A stretch of 64,000 nt of DNA from positions 186,001 through 250,000 of the forward strand of contig MU058017.1 in NCBI GenBank assembly GCA_013265495.1, in the 5' to 3' direction. The notes under the pieces are model-generated. The model made no database searches. It was not told where the DNA came from and saw nothing but the letters and a program-made list of their open reading frames with translations. This stretch comes from Vicugna vicugna. Taxonomy: Eukaryota. A program made the translations under genes and the position numbers. Positions 22,820-36,178 of the stretch are shown one piece after another (position 1 is the stretch's first letter; the number at the start of each line of letters is the position of its first letter).

Positions 22820-25330
22820 ACACTTCCTCACTTTCTTTTTATATATTTTTCAAACTCTCTTTTCTCTTGGTTTCCATGATACACGTACAGTTTTCCTTTG
22901 ATCTCATGGTACTTTTTTTCAATCTCCTTTGCAAGATCCTTTCAATATCAAACCTTTGCAATTAAACTTTAAGACTTTAGAAATCAGTCCTGAACTCATT
23001 TCTTCTATGTTTATGGTCTCTCACTATGGTGACAATACTCATTTCCATGATTTTAAATGTTACCTATATGCTCGAGTCACAGATTTATATCTCTGTATCA
23101 TAAACCCAGATGTACTCATCCAATGTATCCACACTTATTCTTTCCTCACCAGGGCACTGATAGGGATTGGGAGTTTAGCATTCCTTTTTGAGGGGTTCAG
23201 CCAATTAAGCCCTCAGCTAGGTTCTGTGTTCTCCACTTTCCCCTCGTAAGAGGTTAGAAATTCTTTTTATGACTCCAACAAATCCCTCTAAAATGCTTAA
23301 TTTGTTTTCTGCACTCAGAGCGTCAACTGAACTTAACAATAGCCACCCAATTCTTAACGTTATTTTAGTTTCCATTTCCCAAATGTTTCTCAAATGCCTG
23401 ATACGTGAGCCCAGCTAATGGATTTCCTTACCCTGCTATACCTTCCCAATGCACCATCAGTAAAACTTTCAACAACTAGATGGTCATGCCAGGGTCCTCT
23501 GTGCTCTACCTGCCACCAGTGATGGAATGATCGTCAGATTCTAAGACAGTGTTTCACCTGCAGGATGCTCAACAGATGCCTTTGCAATCAATACTTGTAG
23601 AAAGCAGGTAAGAAAAGAGGGATAAGTAGGGCCAACAACACTGTTAGTTAAACCTATGACAAGCTGTAGAACTAGATGCCTCTTAAAGGTCTGTCTTCTG
23701 TTGGAACAAGATGGCCAGCCTTTTATTTGTCATTGGATGTACACACTCCCCCATATCAGAAGCAGTGTGACATTGTGTGATACGGCTTTCTGAAAGGATC
23801 CATAAAGGGACTGACAGACGAAGACCGTCTTCTATCACTGCTCTCACAGCTGGGGCAACAAATCCTTCACTGAAGGGGGATCCATGTGGTCAATCTCAGT
23901 ATCCACCACAATGTTCCAAACCAAACTCTTAAAATTCAACCAACAACCCCCTCCCCCAAATGTGATCCTTTTCCACTCTTCCCCATTTCAGGACTCCATC
24001 CAGCAATTCTAAAATTAGAAACCTAGGAGTTCTTCCTAATATCTTCTTTATTACCAACCACCCACAACATATATTACTATTAAATGTACACATTTTAACC
24101 TCCAGACTATCTCAAATTCTCCCTACTTGTCTTTCTTTAACCACTGCCATCAACCCAGTCTAAGTCACAATCATCTCTCACCTGGAGAATCCCTAGACTC
24201 CTTGCTAGTCTTCCTGTTCCCTCTCTTGCCTTTTTTCAACATATTCTCCACATACACGTCAACATAAACTTTGTGAAGTATAAACTGGATCACCTTACCC
24301 CTGACTTCAAACCTTTAAGGGATTCATATTGAATTTGGAATTGAATACTAACTTCTTCCCATCTTCCACTAGGCTTTGAGTGACTGGTATCCTCTTCAAT
24401 CTCATCATGGGCCCCCCTCTCCATTACTCATCACTCTTTATCCATAAAGAATTCTTGCCATTTCTAGAAGCTGCTAAAATTTTATTTCCCTGCCATAAAT
24501 AAAACATTTTCCATTTTCTTCTAACCTCTGGTTTTTTGCCTGGCGAGTTGTTATCTTCAGGTTATCAACCTTAACCTTACCTTCTCAGAGAGCTCTTTAT
24601 TGACCAGCAGTGACAATATATACATGTGTGACTGCTTAACATCTCTTCAATATTCTTTTATATTAATAGAAATTCTCAAAAGGTTGGTGATTCCTAGATT
24701 ATAAATTCTGCCTCTCCAAGGCAGATATCAAAATACAACTTCCCAGCTGTTGCAGCAGCTAGAATGCAGATCTGGCCAGAATCTGCCAGTCACTTGCACC
24801 AGAGTTAGCCTTCCACTGAGAAGGGACCAACATGAGAAACCAGTCTCACCATGACTTGTCTTTCCAAAAGCAGGTGAGAGAGATGACAAGCTCTTCAGAG
24901 AAGTAACTGTGGATATTCTGACAGCCCATCCTGAGCATTATTGGAGGACTGGAGGTTTGTTAAAGCTGTAGTTTGGGAGCCAAGGGATGGTGGCTAGCTG
25001 CTCTTGCTGCAGCAGCCCCCTTTTTTGTGGTTGGATATTGTTCTAGCTTCCTAATTTTCCCAAAAACTCAGTGAGACATTTTTTATATGTTGATAAATTC
25101 TTTTTCTACTAGAACCATCCACAGTGGATTCCATTCCAACCTAATACTTATAATCTCTCAGCTAAGGCAAATCTGTTCTATTCTCTATCTTAAATCTCAT
25201 TTTGTTTCCTTCATTGCATTAACACAACCTGCAATCATGTTTGTATATTGTTTATCTTCTCTACTAGATTATAAACTCCTTGAGGGCAGAGTTTCTGTAT
25301 TTTTCATTCAGCATGTGAATGAGGTCCTTT
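22820..25330 (+). mobile_element. Fragmented L2 LINE interrupted by LTR relics
   Basis: ctctcttttctcttggtttccatgatac, catttccatgattttaaatgttacctatatgct, aaacctaggagttcttcc, and 3' ctagattataaactccttgagggcag. Confidence 0.65.
23490..23910 (-). mobile_element. ERVL LTR16-like solo LTR relic
   Basis: cagattctaagacag..., agctggggcaacaaatccttcactgaaggggga and terminal atccaccaca resemble a reverse-strand LTR16. Confidence 0.55.
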
Positions 25331-25334
25331 TCTT

Positions 25335-25930
25335 GGTTCATTCAACAAACTATATGGAACCCTTTCTATGTGCAGACACTGACACAGTTAATAAGGAATA
25401 TAGCATTAATAAGATGATTCTCCTCTCAAAATGCTCAAATTTTAGTTGGAGGGTCATAGAAGTCAATCACTGAAATCTAAATATGGCCAACACACTGATT
25501 AAAATTGTCAAGGGTTTATATAAGTTTACCAAGGAGGAGCATTTAATACAACCTGTGGAAGTGAGATTAAGGAAAGACAAAGAATCAGGAGAGAGGAGGA
25601 AGAGTATGAATTTCGGGAAGAATTCTTGGAAGATGTAATGCCCAAGCTTAAATGTGTGAGCAAGAGTCTGAGAGGTAAAAGGAGGGGGGATAGGGGCTGG
25701 TATAGAAAAAGAGGATTCCAGGCAAAAGCAGAAGGTCCCACAGTAAAGAGCTAGATGGTAGAGAAAGGAGGGCCTTTCACAAGCGAGGGGCAGGAAAGAA
25801 GGCACAAGGTATAGAAGAGGCTGGAAAGGAAGGCAAAAGCTGCATCAGGAATGGACGTGTGCTCCATTGAAGATTTCTAAAATTATACCTGAATATGGAA
25901 AAGGCTTAGAAGGGCATGTAAAAAAAAATT
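25335..25930 (-). mobile_element. L2 3' fragment
   Basis: ttcattcaacaaactatatggaaccctttctatgtgcagacactg, then a GA-rich body (ggattccaggcaaaagcagaag). Confidence 0.7.
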
Positions 25931-27439
25931 AAACTAGGAGATTAGTTTGAGTTATTTTATTTTTCTTTCTCTCAACATTCCTTGTATCATCATTTTGTCA
26001 ATTAACTGAGGTTGGTAAAAAATCCTTTTCCAACTATCTTCAACACATATTAGTCATGCTTCTATTGTGTATTTCTCAGCACTGACGTATCATTTATATG
26101 ATATTATAATGTGTACATCTGGGTATATATATTTTATTTCTACATATAGACTACATTTCAGAAGTACATGTTATGTGTTAATCTCTTCAGATCCACATGA
26201 ATTTAAACTCCCCTGTAAGCATGCATCAGCATTTAATAAATGCTTATGGAAAGAATATGCCAAGATCATACTTAGGAAACAAATGTAAAAGGAACCTTTT
26301 GCTTTTCTATGAATGTTAATGTGTAATATGCACATTAAAAGTTCAAAATATTTCACTGCAATCTAGTCTATTCTGTAGCCTGTGCCTGCAAAATATTTTT
26401 TAAGAATAAATTATCTAGGTCAATGGTACACATCAACTCACAGCCAGCTTCTGCTAATGATGAAGCAGAACTCAAAGACTGAAATTATGAAATGAATCGT
26501 GATTCATAATCCTATCAGAGTTCACATAAATTTCCCCTCCAGGGCCCAGACAAATCACTTGTCTAAGTGATCTTCTCATCTTTTAATTCTCAGTGAAAAT
26601 GTCCTTAAGGCTCATACTCCAGGAGGAAGGAGGTTTCTCACGAGATCCTCACCAGTGTCATGCAAATGGAGAATGAAATGGGAACAGCAGAATGAAAAAA
26701 AGTTGGCTGGTTAAGAAAAGAAAGAACTTCCTAGCATCCCCTATTGATTCTTCACTCTACATAGACTCTGGATATACAACGCTCAAATAAAGACTGGTGA
26801 ACAAGCTTTGATAAATGTTATCACCAACAATGCCAAGTGTAGGCTGAATCTTCAGTGACTGCATCTCTGTAAAGCTTCTCTATCTTTGCTTCTCAGAGCC
26901 ACATGGGCCTGTTCTGCTTTCAATGGGTTAATTATCAAGGAAGCATTTTTCCTCTGTGGTCTAGACATAGAAATATCCAGATATTGTTTCCCTTGAAAGG
27001 CAGCCATCCTGCTGAATTTACTTGATCACCAATTCCCATGTTTTTCTAAGGCCAGATGGGGCTAAGCACAATTTTTGAAGATTTTTCTCTCTCCTTTTTT
27101 TCACCGATTAACAGCTTGTTTGTTTTCTATTGAGGACACTGCCAGGCAAACAGAAGAAAGGAGAAGAAAATTTCTTAATTTTTAAGGTGGGGAAATTCAA
27201 GAATGATGGATTAGCTGTAGCCAAGAGGAAACAATCCTTAGATCTAACATAAATAAGTGTGGGGAAAAAAAGTTATTCAATATTACATAATTTTAGTCGT
27301 ATGAGTACATTATGGGGATTTTGAGAATAATATTATTTTCTTAACTGAAACCCAAAGGTAGGTGTATGCTATAATTACAGGTAGGCAGAGAGCGACAGAA
27401 AAACAGAAATCTCAATCTTTGAAAAAATCTTAAGCCTGA

Positions 27440-27570
27440 CATTGCTAACCATCTCTAGGACGCTGGATAAGTCACTTAACTTATTTGAACCTTTGTTTCT
27501 ACACATATAAATTAAAAGACTTAGCTGATTTTTATATTCATGACCTTTCCTTCTTTAAAATTCTCTGACC
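27440..27570 (+). mobile_element. MIR/MIR3 SINE fragment
   Basis: ggataagtcacttaacttatttgaacctttgtttctacacatataaat..gacctttccttctttaaaattctctga. Confidence 0.65.
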
Positions 27571-28272
27571 TGCTGTGATTCTCAGCCAATAGAACTCCAC
27601 CCGGGAAGAGCACGGATTCTCCTCCTGTGTCTCCCTCACCCCTCCAATGCTATTTGGAGACGCAATCTGCTTACTTCTGTGAGAGTTATATAATAAGTGG
27701 GAAGTGAAGACAGCTGAGCCTGCTCTGAAACCATGATAAATAGCCCCGATGTCCTGATTGCGCCTTCCCTATTGGAGGCCAAGGAACTCCATACAGACAT
27801 GGGAAGGATTAACTGGTACTCCAGCTGAGTGCAAACTGGCACAAGGGCCAGGCACATGTAGGCCACGTGAGGTTACTCTGAGACATCTCCTTTCTGGGAG
27901 GACCTGGATTTCCCCTCTCCCATTACAGTGTCAGATTCCTGAGTCCCAGAGGCCCCCAGTGCAGCCACAACAAGCCAGGGTGCCAGACACAGTGGTAAGT
28001 AGCAGGAACCTAACCTTGACTGTATCAGGACTCACTCCAACTCTTAGTAACTCGGGCAACTCACTTGGCCACCAGCACTGTTTTCTCCCAACTTTGCTAA
28101 AACAGCCAAGTCTGTGATTGCTGATGCCTGGTAGCGACATTTCCATTCTAGGCCAGGGACTATGAAAGATAATGCTTAAAAAATATAAAAGAGACAATAT
28201 GATTAATGTTTTTGTTAAAAGTATTTGTTTTAGTGTTAAAACATCATTAAAGTGGCTGGAGTGGTAGATAAA

Positions 28273-29250
28273 TTTTGGGCACTCTGTGACTAAAGGGACA
28301 CACCACCCATGTCCCCAGCTGATGTGAGGCCAAACTCTTCAGATACCAGTTAACCATGTGGGAAGAATGAAGGCTGAAACTGGCAAATGACAAGAGTATC
28401 GCCTCTCACAGGCCAAACCCCACACCAGAGAGATGTACTGAGCCTTCCATGAAGTTACCCAGACTGGGCCTCTTGTTTCTTTCTGAAATGCGTGTTCCAA
28501 CAGTATTAGACACGTTCTGGAAACAAGTACATTTCCAAATGATGAGTTCTGAGGTGAAGATTTGTCAGTCGTATGGTAATGTGGATAAAAAACAAATATT
28601 TGGTGGTAAACTGCCTGGCCCTTAAAAAGACACTACAAAATTTGGTTTGACTGCAGACGAAGTTAATGATCAAGGTTTTGTGTCTAATTCATTGTCACAG
28701 AAGGGAAATAACCCTCCCTTATTTTTGTTTGTTTTTTCTTGCTGCATGTTTGATGCCACATTAAAGCATACCAAAATAGCAATTCAGCCTCAGAGATAGA
28801 TTTTTAATGCAAGACTCCTCATACCAGATTGCTCTCTTCCAACATCTGTTGGTATGTTTTCCAGCCTTATCTCCCCATCCAAAAAATAAAATAAAAAAGA
28901 GAGTTCAGGATCTAAACATACTTTAACTCTATCTCATTGAATAAAACCATTGAGTAAACACTATTCAAGTGTCCGGAGGGACTGATTACTTTTTGGCCTC
29001 TGTGACTTAAGGGATGTACCACCTGTGTCCCCAGCTGACATGAAGCCAAACTCTGCTCAGATACTGGTACTGAATTGGCAAATGACAGGAACATCGTCTC
29101 TCACAGGCCAAACCCTGCACCAGACAGTTACCCAGACTGGGCCTCTCATTTGTTTCTGAAATGCATGTTCCAACAGTATTAGACACGCTCTGGAAGCAAG
29201 GATATGTTTCTGAAGGGAGTTCAGGGGTGAAGACTTGTCAGTAGTATGGT
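28273..29250 (+). repeat. Diverged direct duplication: copy 1 ~28273-28577, copy 2 ~28991-29250
   Basis: Shared collinear blocks: ctctgtgact.aaggga, gtccccagctga, tggcaaatgaca, ctctcacaggccaaaccc, agttacccagactgggcctct, tgttccaacagtattagacacg, ggtgaaga.ttgtcagt.gtatggt. Confidence 0.92.
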
Positions 29251-29254
29251 GCTT

Positions 29255-32200
29255 TATGGTATTTTATTTTGTGATAATACCATAATTTATTAATCCATTT
29301 TACTCTTGGCAGGCACTCAGAGTTTTCAGTTTTTGACTATCATGAATAGAGTTACTAACATCATCTAATACATGGCTTTTGTTGAAGCTGTGTGCACGTT
29401 TCTGTCGGTATAGTTGTAGGTGGGATATGGTCTAGGATATCTTGTGAAGCTGTTTTCCAATGTGCGTGTATGAATTTGAACTCCCAGAAGCAGTGCCTCA
29501 TAATGATTCCTGCTGCTTCCCATCCTCACTAGCCTCAGTATTCTCCATCCTCCCGTTACACATTCTAGTCGACATGTAGTATTGTCACACGGGGGTTTCT
29601 AGTTTGCACCTCCCTGATAATGAATGAAGTTGATCCTCTTTGTAAATGTAATGGCTATTTGAATATCTTTTATTTTAAGCATTCTGCTCAAACCTGTTTA
29701 TTTTCTACTGATTTAGATGCCTTTTTCTTATTCATTGGGAGGAGTTCTTTTTCATTGTGGATGCCAAGAACTTTGAGGTTCTTATGGAGGTTCTTAATTT
29801 TGATATGAACTGAATAGTTATGACTTTTGTTTCATAAATAGTTCTTTACTATGCCCTGTTTAAAAGTCTTTGCCTCCTCCAAGATCATAATGATCATCAC
29901 TTGAGTTTTCCTCTAAAACCTTTACTATCTTTTACATTTAGGTATATAATTCATCTGCATTTGATTATTTTCTGTAGAATATGAGATAAAGTTCAAGCAC
30001 GTATTTTTTCATGGATGTCCAGTTGACTCAGCATCATTTGTTTGAAAGAGTATTGTTTCTTTACTCTACTTTTTTCATATTTTTTAAATCATAACTTAAG
30101 TTTAAGTCAGTTTGTCTATCCTATTTCCAAAGCCACACTGTTTTAGTTACTATGTATCATAATAAATTTTGATATCTAGTGAAGTTAGCCCTTCAGGTGA
30201 GTTCTTCTCCAAGAATGCTTTGTATACCCTTGGCCCTTTGCATTTCCAATTTTCATTTAACAAGAAGCATGCTGATATTTTTAATTAGGATTACACTAAA
30301 TCTGTAGACACATTAGGGCAGAATATCTTAACAATATTGAGTCTTCCATCCATGAACATCCATTTGTTTAGATTCTCTGTAATTTCTCTCTATAACGTTT
30401 TGTAGTTTGTAGAAGTATGCACATTTTTCACTACGTTAGTTGCTAGGTGCGTGGTTTTTGATGTTATAAATGATTTAATTTTTCATTTGCTTCTAGTATA
30501 TAGTAATATTTGTAAAACTTTGTTAATATGTTTTATTCATTTTGCAATGTTAATGAAAAAATTTGGTTTATAATTTTTCTGTATTATTATGTATTTCTCA
30601 ATTTTATAATCTTTGTTATGGTACCTCTTTGGTTAGGAAGTGTTCCCTCTTCTGTTCTCTGGAAGAATTTGTACAACACTGTTATGTCTTTCTTAAATGT
30701 TTGGAAGAATTCACCAGTGAAAGTATCCTGGCCTAAGAATTTGATTATGAGACTGTTCTAATTAAGAATCAAAAATTTAATATGTCTGATTTTTTACATT
30801 TATTTTATTCTTATGGCAAGTTTACAAAAGCATGCAAATAAGTTGTTGGGTTTTTGAATTATTAATCCATCTCATCCAAACCATCAAAGTTACTGGAGAA
30901 AATATTCATAGTATCATTTCATTTGATGTATTATGATCTATATATTTTTTCTGAAAATTGTTTTTCTTCATCAGTCTTGTCAGAAGTTTATCAATTTTAT
31001 GGATTTAATCAAAGTATCAACACTTAATTTGTTGATTTTCCTCTTTTTTATTAATTTTTGTGCTCTTTATTCTGTGTTTCTTAGATTTTATTTGCTTTTT
31101 GTTCTCTAGTTTTGAGTTGTAAATTTAAATAAATTGATTTTCAGTCTTTCTTCTTTTCCATTATACAGTTGACCCTTGAACAATGCAGGGATTAGGGATG
31201 CCAACCCACAGTCAAATCTCCATGTAAAATTTTACAGCTGTTTTTCCAAATCTGCAGTTCTGCCTCCACAGATTCAAACAAACATGGATTGTGTAGTAAT
31301 GTTGAAAACAATCTGCATATATGTGGACCCACACAGTTCAAACTCATGTTGCTCAAGGGTCAGCTATATAGAGAATACTCTGACCACAGTGGAATTAATC
31401 TAGAGATCAGATACCATTATGAATCGAATTATACTGGAAATATATCAAAAATTTTATTGCAGTTTCTAAGCACTCCATTAACTGCAGCAATATAATTTTT
31501 TGACATATTTCCATTATAATTCAGTTGAGATAAATATAATCACATCATAAGTATTGTTTTATATATACAGTCAATAGTCATTTTTATTTGCCCACATATT
31601 TTACTCCTCTGGAGTTCACAAATTCCTCCTGTATTTCCACACTCTATCTGGAATCATTTTTCTACTTGAAAAAAGTCCATTTAGTTTTATAAAAGTGGGC
31701 TTGCTAGAGGCAAATTCTCTTATTTTCACTTTGACCAAAACTATATTTCTTTCTATTTACAAAACAGTATTTCTTTATAAAATTGTAAGTTGGCAGTTAT
31801 TTTCAATATTTAAAAAATGTCACCCGATTATCTTCTAGCTTCAATAATTTCTGTTGAGAGGTTAGATAGCAGTCAGTAATTTTTTAAAAGGCAGTTATTT
31901 TAAATTTTTTCTCTTTGGGCTAGATTCTCATATTTTATAAAATACTTAGGTTTGGTTTTGTTTATCTTCAACTTGGGATTCCTAGACTTGCCCTAATCTC
32001 TCAGTCAACATCTTTTATCAGTTTTGTAAAACTTAAATATTGGTTTCCCTGATTTTCTTTTTCCTTCTATGACTTCTATTATATGTAAATGAGGCCTTAG
32101 ATAATTCTACGTATCTTTATTCACTTTTTTGCCAATGTTTTTCTATATTCTTAATTTTGTATATTTTTAATGACTTGTCTTTCAATTCACATGTCCTATA

Positions 32201-32560
32201 AACTTCTCTAATCTTAAATACACCCATTGAGTTCTTAACTTTAGATATATCTTGTTGTTTTAGGTTGTCCATGTATTACTTTTCTTTTTTTAAAGAGTAT
32301 AATTTACTGAAGAAATATTCCATACTTTCGTCTATTCTTTCCATCTTCTTCTCTAATTTATCAAATCTATTAATAACAGTTATTTCAAAGACCTTGGTTG
32401 GTAACTCCAATATCTAGATCATCTGTTGGTCTCCTACTAGATTCCATCTTTTTCTTCTTGATCATCAATCATATTTTCATGTCTTTTTGTATGTGTATAG
32501 TAATGTTTTACTGTGTGTCAGATACTGAGTGTAAAAGAAATGAAGAGGATCTGAATGATG
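29255..32560 (-). mobile_element. Old fragmented L1 (L1M-type) on the minus strand
   Basis: T-rich, with atggatgtccagttgactcagcatcatttg, taacaatattgagtcttccatccatgaacat, gaattcaccagtgaaagtatcctggcct, gggcttgctagaggcaaattctct. Confidence 0.8.
31166..31366. mobile_element. Tigger1-type non-autonomous DNA transposon (MITE) with TA TSD, inserted in an old L1
   Basis: Terminal inverted repeats cagttgacccttgaacaa (31166) and ttgctcaagggtcagcta (ending 31366), flanked by TA at 31164-31165 and 31367-31368. Confidence 0.9.
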
Positions 32561-34082
32561 TTATCTTTCACTAAAAAGGGTCACCACTTTCCTCTGTTAC
32601 ACAGCTTAGGTAAGAGGCTGATTATTCTATCTCATCAATAATTAATTTAGGTAAGAGCTGGATTGCAGAATAAGAATCAGTTTACATATGTTTCAGACCA
32701 CTTCCCTGGAAGTGGCCATATAAAGCTTACTGATAGCAAGCCAAATTGGTCTCAATTCTGAGATTCTTTAGGATTTCCAGCCCTGTCATCCATAAATTTC
32801 CAGCTTAGCTCTTCAACCTCCCATCTAGGCATCTTAGTCATCTAGTAAATGTCTTGACTGAGAAAGTAATGAAGTGACCTAAAAGCAGGCCCACTCTCCC
32901 TGGTGTGTCTTAGAATTCACTCTGAGTTTCTGAAGCTTTTAGATTTCCTCTGCTATTTCTGATGCTGCTGTAGACCTCTAGAATTGAGCCAATGTCATAA
33001 GAGGTAAATTAGCCATGCATTTGAAGAAGCCCCTCAAGTTTCCAATTTGTCTCTCTTACCTCCCACAACTGCTAAAATAACACAACATCACTTTGCTAGT
33101 TGTTTTTTTTTTTTTTTTGGTTTTTTGGGTTTTTTGTTTTTTGCCTGAAAGTGCAAATCAAGCCCAATCTGTAGGCTATGCCGTGAATCAAATTTCCCAA
33201 AGGGAAAAATTCTCAGGATCCAGCAAATGCCCCCAATGGAAAAAAATCAGCTCACCTCTGAAATTTCCCCCTCATTCTAGAGTCTTTAACTTCTTTCCCC
33301 CTGGGTAAATGGGATAGGCAAAGAGAAGAGGGCAATTGGTGGGGGGTGGGGGTGGGCAGGTTGGGGGAGTGACTGAACTGACTAGCCAAGTATTTTTCCA
33401 AATCTATTATGTAAACTAGATTCCAAGCCCTTGGAATGTCAAATTCTAAGAATTAGTCATTTTGCATTTCAGCTACAGCCAGAAGAAACCAAGGTTTAAC
33501 CCGAACAGGGTAAGGATGCTGTAAACAAAGGGCTTACAGAAATAAGAATAAATCAGGTTAATTCCTTCCTCATCGTCCTACAGCATTATCCGACTCCTGC
33601 CTATACTCAACTAAAATTTCACTCTCAAGTGTTCCCTCTCTAACTTACTCAATCTAATGAGCATTTTTCAAATTTTGCTTTTTATTTACCCTTCTACAGA
33701 ACCTGATATAGTGTCCCAGAGACATCAGAATCTAGGGGCAATCATTATGTTAATTTACTTTGAAGGCACTACCTTTCTTATTGGTCTTATCCACTTCTCA
33801 TGGAAAAATACAGTACATATTACAGTCTTAGTTATATAGTTAATCAAGATTATGATTGCATCCCCAAACAAAACACACCATCACTATAACTTATATTAAA
33901 TTTAAATATATCATAAGCATATTATTGTCTATAAAGCCTGCATAAATGTTACAGTTATAAAAAAGAGTGCATGTAATACTGAGGTGTTTTTTTTCAAGCA
34001 TGCAGCTACAATGACCAAAACGTTTCCAGCTTGCTAATTCATTCTGGATCATGGTCATTAGTTTATGCTTTTTTCCCAAAGG

Positions 34083-34226
34083 GTTTTTTTTTTTTTTGGT
34101 TTGTTTTTTGGGAGGGGGGAGGTAATTTGGTTTATTTATTTATTTGTTAGAGGCACTGGGGATTGAACCCAAGACCTTGTGCATGCAAAGCACGCACGCG
34201 CTACCACTAAGCTACACCCTCCTCCC
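34083..34226 (-). mobile_element. tRNA-Ala-derived SINE, Vic-1 type (camelid)
   Basis: Minus strand reads ggagggtgtagcttagtggtag..tttgcatgcacaaggtcttgggttcaatccccagtgcctc (A and B boxes) + aaataaataaataaaccaaattacctccccc + A tail. TSD tcccaaagg at 34074-34082 and 34227-34235. Confidence 0.9.
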
Positions 34227-34659
34227 TCCCAAAGGTATTTATCATCATAACACAGGACAAATTGAACTCACTTAACAAAAGTTAAGACCATAGCACTTCT
34301 GGCTCTTTGACTATCAAAAATTAGCTTGTTAAGTACTTAGGTAGGATTGTTAGCAATACTGCGATTGCATTTGATATTTTGACACATAGCACAATATAAC
34401 TGTAATAGGAAGAATAAGTTATTCTGAGCCCTGGGCATGTCTGAGTTGTGTTCAGATTTTAATAAATCCTTGACTCTAGTGTCAGAAAATAGAAATGGTA
34501 TTGGGATGGCAACAACCTATATCATTTTTATATGCCAGCATAAATGCATAAACTTGAGACTACACAATATTTTTTCTAATTGTAGGTAACGTAGTAGATA
34601 TTCCATAAATAAAAATGTTAGCTTTTTTTTTTTCATTACCCTATTTAAAGTCCACTTAG

Positions 34660-35060
34660 GATGTACCACACACTTCTTGGCCATGGCCTACAAAGACCAC
34701 CATGGTCAGACTCTTGCCTATCTTTTTAATTTTACCTCTCCCCAAACATCCTACACTTCAGCTACTTTAAATTACTTGACATTAAAGATTCACAATGCTA
34801 ATTATCATCATTATGCTTTAGCACAAATTATTTCTTCTACCTAGAATTTCTTTCTTCACCTTTTTTCCTTACACAGTGAGAAACGTCACCTTCACTGTGA
34901 AGTCTTTCCCGACCTCCTAAACACAGTTAGATACTTCCTTTTTCCTGTAGCATTCTATCCATACATGTATTAAGCCTCCATCTCATTACTCACTTTTGCA
35001 TCCTTTAGGGAAGGGAAAATACTATAGACACGGTGACTTCCCTAATAACTGTAGAGGCTA
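34660..35060 (+). mobile_element. L2 fragment
   Basis: ccatggcctacaaagaccaccatggtc, tcttctacctagaatttctttc, aacgtcaccttcactgtgaagtctttccc. Confidence 0.65.
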
Positions 35061-35788
35061 TAGTTAGTAAATGTAGAAGAAACAAAGAGACAGAAGGAAG
35101 GAAGGAAAGAAAAGACTTTAAGCTTTAAATATGACCCCCAAATTTTCCAGAGCCTAAATTTTCAATTAGTAAACCCATAGTAGTATTCATTGGAAGAGCA
35201 AAGAGTCCTTAAATATTCAAAATATTGTGCTTAACTTTCATGTAATGACTACACACACATACAAGGAATGTCGTTAGATTTTTCCATTCTGTAACCCAGT
35301 GCTGAAAGCTTTCAAAATGAATGGAGCTGGTGGGCAATTTCATTCTCTTTGATTTGATTATTTATCTTTCAGGGCAGGGAAAGTCAGACTCCTAGAAAAT
35401 AAACAATGGATACATAACTACTTAGCCAATAAGTTGCCAAGTTAGGGCTTAAAACTGGTCTTCTGACTTTGAGTCTTGTCTTCTTTTTTACTATACCAGA
35501 GTTATCTTCTTTTATATGCTTGTTCCCTAGCCCCCCTCAGCATGTCCATTCCTAAAAGAGTTATACTCAGAGTGCTGGCTGATCATCTGCCTCTTTAAAA
35601 AGCTTTGTGGCTACATCCAAGTTCATTTTCCTGTCCATGAGGAAGTCAACTCCCCAGAAGTACAGGTTGGAGTCCAGACGTCCTCTAGATGTCTGTGTGA
35701 GACCCAATGACTTGATGGATGAACTTCTAATTAAAATACACTTTAGCATTTGCTGGGTTTAAGTAAATTAGTATGAATTAAAGCTCAG

Positions 35789-36178
35789 TGTGGTGGTCAT
35801 TAATGGTGTCCACCAAATATTTTTAGTTCTTCTGGGAAGTGTCCGTAGGGTTACACCTCTACCCTTGGTATGGCCATGTAAATAACTTTCGCCAATGAAA
35901 TGTGAGCAGAAGTGATTTGTGTTACTTCCAAGAAGAAGCTTTATGAATCAGTGTATGATTTGGGCCCTGACTCCATTTTTTTTTTTCTGACTTGACACTC
36001 TGGCAGTGTGGGCACGTAGCCTCTCCTATCCTGTTTCCTGATGGAAGACAATGATCTTCCGTCACACAAAAACCAACCTACAATAAATGTGTAATGCAAG
36101 CAAATGTTTTAAAATTATAAAATTTTAGAGTTGTTACCAAGCATAACTTAGATAATTTAGCCTATCTTAACTAGGACA
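35789..36178 (+). mobile_element. MaLR (MLT1-type) solo LTR
   Basis: TG...CA ends (tgtggtggtc ... taactaggaca); core ggccatgta..gccaatgaaatgtgagcagaagtga..acttcc..gaagcttta. Confidence 0.75.

Noticed and set aside
25255..25460. miR-28/miR-151-like hairpin from tail-to-tail L2 ends
   Set aside because: The geometry is similar, but I see no extended complementary stem or known mature miRNA sequence.
28382..28444. C/D box snoRNA (ggc..atgacaa...ctga gcc)
   Set aside because: The C box has two mismatches, the stem is only 3 bp, and the D-box part is missing from the duplicate copy. No Rfam search was possible.
34150..34222. tRNA-Ala gene
   Set aside because: It has a SINE-specific tail, poly(A), TSD and imperfect stems, so it is a SINE head.
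35567..35730. Possible minus-strand coding exon
   Set aside because: The peptide resembles no protein I recognise, the acceptor is weak and there are no partner exons.
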